From positions 67,584-131,583 of the forward strand of contig JAGTQB010000001.1 of assembly GCA_018396995.1 (NCBI GenBank): 64,000 bases of DNA, in the 5' to 3' direction. A program made the position numbers and the translations under genes. Origin of the DNA: Candidatus Bathyarchaeota archaeon (GTDB taxonomy: Archaea > Thermoproteota > Bathyarchaeia > Bathyarchaeales > DTEX01). Below are positions 54,175 to 61,735 of the stretch, in pieces; position 1 is the stretch's first letter; every line of letters begins with the position of its first letter. The notes beneath the pieces are model-generated. The model did not search any database and was not told where the DNA came from. It worked only from the letters and a program-made list of their open reading frames with translations.

Positions 54175-55257
54175 TTGCCTCCTAGGAAGACATGTATAAC
54201 ATACCATGAAAAGTTTATTCAACATGATTTTGGTATCAATCATCCTTTCAGGGGAAATAGGTATACCAGGGCTATGGAGTATTTTGAGAGAAAAGGGCTA
54301 TTTAATCTGCCGAACATAGTATTGGTTAAGCCAGAGCCCATTGAAAAAGAAATTCTTTTTAAGGTGCATAGTAAAGATTATGTTGACTATATTTTTCGTT
54401 TAGCGGAGCTGAATGAGCCATACGATATGGATACGCCAACTTCAAAGAGCATTATTGAGGCTTTAATGTACATCATTGGCGGGGTTATTAAGGCTGGAGA
54501 GGCGGTTTTTAAGGGCGAGTTTGAAAGAGCCGCGGCTCTTGGAGGGGGTTCCCATCACGCTGGCAGAGATTACGGCGGCGGCTTCTGTCTCTTCAATGAC
54601 ATCGCAATTCTAATAGAATATCTAAGGGAGAAATTTAATGTGAAGAGATTTCTAGTTCTCGATTATGATGCTCATGCGGGAAACGGAACAAGCGATATAT
54701 ACTATTCAGATCCAACAGTTCTCTTCATCTCAATACACCAAGATCCCCTGACAATATATCCGGGACGCGGTTTTATTAGTGAAATAGGGTCTGGAGAGGG
54801 AATTGGATATAATGTTAATATTCCGCTCCCGATGAGGACTGGAGAGGAAGCCTATCTTTATGCTCTTAAAGAGATTTTTCTACCATTAGCAGGAGAATTT
54901 AAGCCAGAAATCATTATAGCTAACGGTGGAAGCGACTCACATTTTGCTGACCATTTGGGAAGTCTTGGACTAACGGCTAAAGGTTTCTTCAAAATAGCGC
55001 GCTTAATAGGTCAAGTATCAGATGAAGTATGCTGGGGAAGAGCGGTGCTCCTCATTGGGAGCGGATACAATATTCAAGTTTTACCCTATGGCTGGTATGC
55101 ATTAATAGCTGGCATAGCGGAGCTAAATATAAGTGAGGAGGATATAGAAGACTACTATCCAGCGCCACAGAATCCATGGCAAAACATAAATGAGGTTAAA
55201 AGAATTGTTAAGGAACTAAAGAGTATATTGGCTGCATACTGGTCCTGCTTCAGGTAA
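54175..55257 (+). CDS. Histone deacetylase-family (AcuC/HDAC-type) deacetylase
   Basis: 360 aa with a TTG start. It has GGSHHAGRDYGGGFCLFND, the DYDAHAGNGT metal site, and GGSD.H..D.L. Confidence 0.85.
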   Translation: MPPRKTCITYHEKFIQHDFGINHPFRGNRYTRAMEYFERKGLFNLPNIVLVKPEPIEKEILFKVHSKDYVDYIFRLAELNEPYDMDTPTSKSIIEALMYIIGGVIKAGEAVFKGEFERAAALGGGSHHAGRDYGGGFCLFNDIAILIEYLREKFNVKRFLVLDYDAHAGNGTSDIYYSDPTVLFISIHQDPLTIYPGRGFISEIGSGEGIGYNVNIPLPMRTGEEAYLYALKEIFLPLAGEFKPEIIIANGGSDSHFADHLGSLGLTAKGFFKIARLIGQVSDEVCWGRAVLLIGSGYNIQVLPYGWYALIAGIAELNISEEDIEDYYPAPQNPWQNINEVKRIVKELKSILAAYWSCFR

Positions 55258-55560
55258 GGCTGATTTTAAGTCTCCACCCAAATTCTTTAATTCCAGCTTG
55301 AGTCACTTAAAAGCTAGATAGTCAATTGTGATGAAGCATCTCTCAAGATTGCAAGGATAAAACTATTGATATAAAGTTATCTAGAGTAGACTTAAATTAC
55401 TAAATATTGTTGGCATTTTCATGTAAACCAATGCTCTCGGTCGTGTTTCCCCCTTATTCAATAAAGTTTTTTAACGTCTCCAGATGGCTACGAACCTATA
55501 TTTTGAGGGCGTGAGTATTAATATCTGGGTCAAGCAGCGGTATATTCTGGAGGAGCTGGG

Positions 55561-57318
55561 ATGATTTCTGAGCAGGATGAGAAAATATTTGAGAGGAGGG
55601 AGCTTCTGAAGAAGGCTTATTCAATAGATAAGCTATTCGAGATTGGCAGACAGCTGAATATACCGTATTTCGAGAAGCTTTCATCTTGCTGGGAGATGGA
55701 TGAAGATGAAGCCTCCAATGAAATATCCCTAAGAGTGACAGATGATGTTTTAAAGCAAATATTCCAAAAGTATGAGCCTAGAAGATGGATAACATTTAAG
55801 GGGAAATATTATCTGCTGGCTGACGGAAAGCTTTCCCTTGAAGGTTCATGGAACCTCGTTGCTAATGGGCTGCGCAGGTTCAAATTAATGCATGGCTCGG
55901 CTGGAATGAACCTTTTAAAGGCTATTGTTGAAGGAGGTGGCGTCATAGATTCCTATACTGTTAAGGAGATCATTAAATCTCCCCAGGTGTATGAAATGCT
56001 AAGTGATCTAGAAGATCTGGGCATAATATCCGCGTCATATATTGGCGAAAAATATAGGGAGTGGAGCATACCAAGAGAAATGCTCCCAATAGTTGAGTCT
56101 GAAGTATTTGGGAAAAAGGAAACCCGAGTGGAGCTGGAGAAACAAGCCACCAGTGTTAGTAAAGGGAAAAGAAGAATCATCGACCCACTGGCTGAGGAGA
56201 GAGCTATCATTGAGAGGATGGACCGTGAATTAGATTCCTATCTATACGATTTAATTGAGAATAGGCTTGAGGAAACAATAAAATTCGGCAGAAACTTCAG
56301 CATAACGAAACTTTCAAGTTACCTTCAAGACCTCTTTGGGCCAATCCTATACTTTGATAGCCTACTAAGCCTAACGCAGCAATATGGGCTATCAAACGCA
56401 GGGGTAATTAACCCTAGTGGAAAGATGGTTAAAAGGACTGGGTGGTCTCTAGCATTATTCGGCGACCCCGGAACCGGTAAGAGCTTTGCAACGAGAGATA
56501 TAATACTTGGGAAAACAAGCATTAATCTCCCAGCCCATGGAATACCTGGAAGGAACCGCTATTGTGGTGGGATGACGCCCGCCAGATTCATCAGAGTCGG
56601 CCAAGCCTATGCTGGGCGAACATTTAACTTCATCATTCCAGAATTTAATGACTTCTTTAGGTATAAGGGTATGATTGAGCCACTCAAGATTGCGATGGAG
56701 CAGGGCGAGATAAGATATGAAACCCAGCGGGAAGTTATAGGTCCATATAAGTTTACTTCCTTCTTTGTCGTAAACTATAACGTAGCAGTTTATAAGAGGG
56801 GGTATAAAGTAACAATTCAGGATCCGAACTTTAGAGCTATTGAGGATCGTATGCTATGCAGGCTTCACCGATTAACTAAGGAGCGCTTCACGGAGATAGC
56901 TGAGAGCCAAATGAAGATATTTCTCGGAAAAATGGATGTAGGAAAGATGGCGCAGGCAATTAGGGATCACTTAACCCTAATATATGCAATTGAGACGCAA
57001 CACCCTCTCATTAAAGATGAGTTTCCATATAAACCAGTGATGATAACTGAGGACGCATATAAGCTCATAGCCAAGGCTAGGGAGTATTTGCTTAACGAGG
57101 TGAAGGGAGACACTTTGGCGTTCTCGGCAAGGCTTGAGGATAAAGCCTTAAGCTTCGCCTGCTCCGCATCGCTCATGGAGTACTTTAACACTGATGAAGG
57201 CTTCATACCAATAAGCAGGGACTCATTGAAATATGCTATTCAGATATATGTCGAGGAGGCATCAATCAGATCCCAAGAAGAGTTTGAGCCAAGAGAAATT
57301 TTAAGCAAAATAATATAG
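55561..57318 (+). CDS. Orphan AAA+ ATPase with MCM/BrxL-like (helix-2-insert clade) core and an uncharacterised N-terminal half
   Basis: 585 aa. Walker A is ALFGDPGTGKSF (56461-56484). The Walker B-like FNFIIPEFNDF is followed by PLKIAMEQGEI (compare MCM IDEFDKM...AIHEAMEQQTI), sensor-1-like FFVVNYN, and the Arg-finger-like AIEDRM. The N-terminal ~290 aa have only a wHTH-like stretch (TVKEIIKSPQVYEMLSDLEDLGIISA). There is no MCM OB/Zn N-domain. Confidence 0.6.
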   Translation: MISEQDEKIFERRELLKKAYSIDKLFEIGRQLNIPYFEKLSSCWEMDEDEASNEISLRVTDDVLKQIFQKYEPRRWITFKGKYYLLADGKLSLEGSWNLVANGLRRFKLMHGSAGMNLLKAIVEGGGVIDSYTVKEIIKSPQVYEMLSDLEDLGIISASYIGEKYREWSIPREMLPIVESEVFGKKETRVELEKQATSVSKGKRRIIDPLAEERAIIERMDRELDSYLYDLIENRLEETIKFGRNFSITKLSSYLQDLFGPILYFDSLLSLTQQYGLSNAGVINPSGKMVKRTGWSLALFGDPGTGKSFATRDIILGKTSINLPAHGIPGRNRYCGGMTPARFIRVGQAYAGRTFNFIIPEFNDFFRYKGMIEPLKIAMEQGEIRYETQREVIGPYKFTSFFVVNYNVAVYKRGYKVTIQDPNFRAIEDRMLCRLHRLTKERFTEIAESQMKIFLGKMDVGKMAQAIRDHLTLIYAIETQHPLIKDEFPYKPVMITEDAYKLIAKAREYLLNEVKGDTLAFSARLEDKALSFACSASLMEYFNTDEGFIPISRDSLKYAIQIYVEEASIRSQEEFEPREILSKII

Positions 57319-57348
57319 AGTTATTGAATATTCTGTTTTCGGTGCTTC

Positions 57349-58410
57349 ATGATGAAGTATGAGATACGGATTGAGAAATTAAGGGAGAAGGTTATTGAGA
57401 AAGGTTTTGAGGCAATTTTGTTAAGTGATGAAAAGAATATATATTATTTAACTGGTTTTATGTGGGGTGCAAAACTACTTGTTCCAGTTGATGGGAATAG
57501 TGTACTTTTTGTGAACTCAGTAAACTATGAAACAGCAAAAAATTTTGCTAGAAATGTGGAAGTGGAGCTAGTGAAGATCGGCGAAAAGGTCGAAAAGAGG
57601 GTCCTCAATATGATTCTTGAGAGGGGCTTAAAGTCCATAGGATTTGATAAAATGGATGCCGCTGAATACCAAAAGATGAAAAACTCCTTAAATGGAGCTA
57701 AGATTGAGCCGCTTGGAGAAGTCCTCTGGTCCCTGAGAAGAATTAAAGATGAAGAAGAGTTAGCGCTTATAAGGAGAGCAGCTGCCTTAACGAGCAGGGG
57801 AATGAGTAGAGCTCTAGAAGTTATTAGGCCTGGAGTAAGAGAGTGGGAGGTTGCCGCTGAGGCGGAGTATGAGATGCGGAGGTTAGGTTCAGGCGGAGTG
57901 GCGTTTGATACGATAGTCTGCAGCGGACCAGAATCCGCCTACCCACATGGAGCTCTAGGAGAACGCGAGATTAGGGATGGGGATCTCGTTATAATCGACA
58001 TCGGAGCTAAGTATCATGGATACTGCGCGGATATGACTAGAACGATTGTTGTTGGGGAGGGGACGCAGATACAAAAGCATATACTTGAATTAGTTAGGGA
58101 GGCGCAGAAAGTAGCGATGAATCAAATAAGGGGTGGCGTCATGGCAAGGGATGTTGATTATGCTGCCAGAAAACTCATTATAGAGAATGGTTATGGTGAA
58201 TATTTTGTCCACGGCTTGGGCCATGGTATAGGCTTAGATGTACATGAGCCACCAACACTAGGACCATTAAGTGAAGATATATTGCTCGCGGGTAACGTTG
58301 TAACCGTTGAGCCCGGCATCTATATTCCGGGGCTCGGTGGGGCGCGCATAGAGGACACGGTACTAGTGACTAATGAAAGAGTTATAAAATTGACAGAGAA
58401 CAATGAATAG
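57349..58410 (+). CDS. Xaa-Pro dipeptidase / aminopeptidase P (M24B)
   Basis: 353 aa with the pita-bread metal ligands in D.GA.Y.GY.ADMTRT, HG.GH..GL.VHE, VEPG.Y and R.ED. Confidence 0.9.
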   Translation: MMKYEIRIEKLREKVIEKGFEAILLSDEKNIYYLTGFMWGAKLLVPVDGNSVLFVNSVNYETAKNFARNVEVELVKIGEKVEKRVLNMILERGLKSIGFDKMDAAEYQKMKNSLNGAKIEPLGEVLWSLRRIKDEEELALIRRAAALTSRGMSRALEVIRPGVREWEVAAEAEYEMRRLGSGGVAFDTIVCSGPESAYPHGALGEREIRDGDLVIIDIGAKYHGYCADMTRTIVVGEGTQIQKHILELVREAQKVAMNQIRGGVMARDVDYAARKLIIENGYGEYFVHGLGHGIGLDVHEPPTLGPLSEDILLAGNVVTVEPGIYIPGLGGARIEDTVLVTNERVIKLTENNE

Positions 58411-58419
58411 GAATCCTAT

Positions 58420-59055
58420 TCATGCTTCCTCTGTCTTCTTAAGGGTCTTCCTAATCACAGGGCCGTTAGGGCTTGTTTCCTCAAATATTATTGCCTGAAA
58501 CTTATAGATCTTCGTTCCCTTTAGAAGCCAGCAGTCTGGTGGTAGGCCCGCCTTCAGGCAGCATTGAGAGAGGAACTCCTCCTCATTCCATCCCCATTCA
58601 ATGGGGACTTGTGGTAGGAGTAGGCCTCTGTAGAAACCTCTCTCAATGATGAGTCCATCTTCCCCGATTTTTATCTTAGATGGATATTCAAGCGGGGATT
58701 TGACTTCAATCAGTTCCGGCTCAGTAAGGACACTTACTTCTAAAACAACTTGGTTAAGCTCCTCTAACCTTAATGGGGGGAAGCGTGGGTCTCTAGTTGC
58801 GGACTCAATAGCAGCCTCTATAACCGCCCTAACGAGGGGATAAATTGGATATGGAAAACCTATGCAACCCCTAAGAGATTTCTCGCCGCCGATTATACTA
58901 TTTATTGTTACAAAGACACCCCTCTTTTCAAATAAATTTGGTGGGGCATCCTTTGGCGGGCTGATAATTCTCCCATCCTTCAGATTCTCCAGAATTGCTC
59001 TTCTCGCAAGTTTAACGAGGAATGTTCCTTCCTCATCACTTAAATTGAACGACAT
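58420..59055 (-). CDS. AMMECR1 (AmmeMemoRadiSam system protein A)
   Basis: 211 aa with RGVFVT......LRGCIG, the AMMECR1 signature, and DPRFPPL. Confidence 0.9.
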   Translation of the reverse strand: MSFNLSDEEGTFLVKLARRAILENLKDGRIISPPKDAPPNLFEKRGVFVTINSIIGGEKSLRGCIGFPYPIYPLVRAVIEAAIESATRDPRFPPLRLEELNQVVLEVSVLTEPELIEVKSPLEYPSKIKIGEDGLIIERGFYRGLLLPQVPIEWGWNEEEFLSQCCLKAGLPPDCWLLKGTKIYKFQAIIFEETSPNGPVIRKTLKKTEEA

Positions 59056-59122
59056 AATATCCCACCAAATAACGGCACACTTATGGTGGAAACAGAGTCT
59101 AAAAAAGTTTTATGAGATGATG

Positions 59123-59725
59123 CTAGAATATTATTGACTCCTCTTTAATTCCATTTTTGGTTATTATTAGCAAGTCTATACCATCCCCGCTCATAGCATC
59201 GCGACTTATAGCGGACTTTATAGCCTTTATAGCTAAATTCTTCGCATCTTCAACAGTGATTCCTTCTTTATATTCGCCTTCCAAAACACCTATCGCTATC
59301 TCGGCCCCAGAGCCAACAGCGGCATATTTATCTGGAATTGTCGACCCTAAAAGGTCAAGCACATAAAGTGATGGGCCCTCATCATCAACCCCACCTATTA
59401 TTGTCTCTGTTATATATGGAATCAGCCTACTACTGAAGAGCAAGTTAGACATAACTTTCGCAGCAGCTTTAACACTTATTGGGCGCCCAGTTTCAAGCTT
59501 AAAGAGACTTGCGTAAACCCCAACTTCGCGCACAAGGATCTGCATATCAGAGACTAAACCAGCGCAAGCCGCACCTATATGATCAGATATTTTGAATACC
59601 TTTTTTGCGGAGCGACTTAGAACAAGGTTTCCATACGAGACCCTCTTCTCTGAAGCTAAGACCACACCGTCAGAGCATACTATTCCAACCGTTGTTGCTC
59701 CTGGAATCGTTAAATACTGGGCCAA
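59123..59725 (-). CDS. psmB: Proteasome beta subunit
   Basis: 200 aa. A propeptide is followed by the catalytic GATTVGIV.SDGVVLA.EKR, then GSGA. Confidence 0.95.
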   Translation of the reverse strand: MAQYLTIPGATTVGIVCSDGVVLASEKRVSYGNLVLSRSAKKVFKISDHIGAACAGLVSDMQILVREVGVYASLFKLETGRPISVKAAAKVMSNLLFSSRLIPYITETIIGGVDDEGPSLYVLDLLGSTIPDKYAAVGSGAEIAIGVLEGEYKEGITVEDAKNLAIKAIKSAISRDAMSGDGIDLLIITKNGIKEESIIF

Positions 59726-59800
59726 AGCAACACCCTCTCTAACCCAAAATAGAGTTTCAGAGACTAATATATTTTGTTGAGATCACATCCTATCCCTCAC

Positions 59801-60151
59801 TTAATAAAGAATCTCCTCACTCAATCTAACTCGATGATTAACCACTGGTACTCCCTCTTCCATTAATAGTCTCCTCCGCTCCTCAACTTCCGTAGTAGTC
59901 TCTCCAACTATATGTCCGTCAGACCTAACAACTCTATGACATGGGATTATCAGTGGAAGCGGGTTCTTATGTAAAGCATTTCCGACAGCTCTAAATGCTC
60001 TGGGCCGTCCAATCTTTTCAGCTATACGCTTATAAGTAGAGACTTTACCCCTAGGTATCTCGGAGACTGCTAATAAAACAGCTCTCTCAAACTCTGTCAT
60101 ATGAGACAAGTATTTAACTAAGTCCTCCTTTCGAACATCAACTCGGCGCAT
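59801..60151 (-). CDS. ogt: Methylated-DNA--protein-cysteine methyltransferase, DNA-binding/active-site domain only (short form)
   Basis: 116 aa with TEFERAVLLAVSEIPRGKVSTY..IA, the active-site IIPCHRVV, and G.L.GY-like. Confidence 0.8.
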   Translation of the reverse strand: MRRVDVRKEDLVKYLSHMTEFERAVLLAVSEIPRGKVSTYKRIAEKIGRPRAFRAVGNALHKNPLPLIIPCHRVVRSDGHIVGETTTEVEERRRLLMEEGVPVVNHRVRLSEEILY

Positions 60152-60236
60152 TTAAATCACAACACCTTTAAAAATTTAAACTTGCACAATAAGTTACATT
60201 ACAAAGCAGATAGTTAACGATGTAGGAGAGACTCAT

Positions 60237-60797
60237 ATGGAGAGGAGTGAGAACGAAGGTAACGTAAAGTTTTTGAGAGCGCTTTACGTTGGGCGCTTCC
60301 AGCCATTTCATTTAGGCCACCTTGAAGCTATTAAATATATTCTCAGCAAAGCTAACGAAATAATAATTGTTGTTGGAAGCTCGCAGGAGAGCCACACCCT
60401 CGAAAATCCTTTCACAGCAGGCGAGAGGATCTACATGATTAAGCTCGCATTAAATGAGGTGGGCATCGACCCCAGCAAATATTATATAATCCCCGTTGCA
60501 GATCTCGACATCCACAGCTTATGGGTTTCACATGTGTGCTCGCAAGTTCCTAAGTTTGATGTAGTATACTCTAATGAGCCATTAACTAGGCGCCTATTTA
60601 TTGAGAGTGGCTTTAGAGTTGAGTCGATACCATTCTATAAGAGGGATATCTGCTCAGCGACAGAGATTAGGCGCAGAATGCTCTTAGACCAAAACTGGGA
60701 AGAACTTCTTCCAAAGAGCGTAGCATCATTCATTAAAGAAATAAAGGGCGTTGAAAGACTAAAGGATCTGACGAAATCTGACAAAATTTTCTCTTAA
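60237..60797 (+). CDS. nadM: Nicotinamide-nucleotide adenylyltransferase (archaeal NadM type)
   Basis: 186 aa with GRFQPFHLGHLEAIKYIL (the HxGH motif), P.TAGER and SATEIRRRM. Confidence 0.9.
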   Translation: MERSENEGNVKFLRALYVGRFQPFHLGHLEAIKYILSKANEIIIVVGSSQESHTLENPFTAGERIYMIKLALNEVGIDPSKYYIIPVADLDIHSLWVSHVCSQVPKFDVVYSNEPLTRRLFIESGFRVESIPFYKRDICSATEIRRRMLLDQNWEELLPKSVASFIKEIKGVERLKDLTKSDKIFS

Positions 60798-60800
60798 AAA

Positions 60801-61595
60801 TTAATGTTCAGAGAATGAAAGTGAAAGCTTACGCGCTTTTTCCACAGCTGCTTTGATGGCCTTCATAAAAGCATGCCTTATTGGGAAGCTTTCCATCTCA
60901 AATAGTCCCTCTATTGTAACCCCACCTGGAGTTGCAACCATGGCACATATCTCTGAGGGTGTCTTCTTTCCCTGAAGAATTAGTTTCCCAGTACCAATCA
61001 TCGCCTGAGCTACTATCGTTAATGCTAAATCCCTTTCAACGCCAATCTCTAAACCAGCATACATCATTGCTTCAGCTATAAGCGACATATATGCGGGTGC
61101 ACCACCATTAAAAGCTGTCATAACATCCATCTGCGCCTCATCAACCATACAAGTTTTTCCGAGGGTGTTGAGCACCTCCAAGGCAATCTCAAGCTCCTTT
61201 TGGGTTACATTTAAGTCGGGTGTGTAGGCTATAAAGGCTTCACGGACAAGTACAGCTAGGTTTGGCATAGTTCTAATTATCTTTGCTTCAGGCGCCAGCT
61301 TTTTAAGGAAATCTATTGATACGGCAGCCGCCATGGAGATTAAAATTTTACCTTTAATCTCCTCACTAACCTCCTTTATTGCACTTTCAACATCTTTTGG
61401 TTTAACGCAAAGTATCACGATGTCAGCTTCCTTTACGGCTGCCCTATTATTATTTGTAACGTTTAAGCCTAGTTTCCTAAGTTCACCTATGCGCTCTTCC
61501 TTCTTTTCGGCGACTACAACTTCATAGCCACCAGAAACTAGACTTCCCGCAACAGCTTCGCCGAGAACCCCGCCGCCTAAAACAGCAATTATCAT
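60801..61595 (-). CDS. proC: Pyrroline-5-carboxylate reductase
   Basis: 264 aa with the MIIAVLGGGVLGEA Rossmann fold, VILCVKP, R.MPN and V.TPGG.TI.GL. Confidence 0.9.
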   Translation of the reverse strand: MIIAVLGGGVLGEAVAGSLVSGGYEVVVAEKKEERIGELRKLGLNVTNNNRAAVKEADIVILCVKPKDVESAIKEVSEEIKGKILISMAAAVSIDFLKKLAPEAKIIRTMPNLAVLVREAFIAYTPDLNVTQKELEIALEVLNTLGKTCMVDEAQMDVMTAFNGGAPAYMSLIAEAMMYAGLEIGVERDLALTIVAQAMIGTGKLILQGKKTPSEICAMVATPGGVTIEGLFEMESFPIRHAFMKAIKAAVEKARKLSLSFSEH

Positions 61596-61735
61596 CCTTA
61601 TCGCCTCAATACCTAAAAGTATTACTTTATTGTGATTTAGATATAAATATTTTTGGAGAAACGAATAATGGTCATACTTGTTGCAAAAGTTAATTCTTTA
61701 GAGCTTCTATACTTTATGATGGAGAGTGCGGGAAT

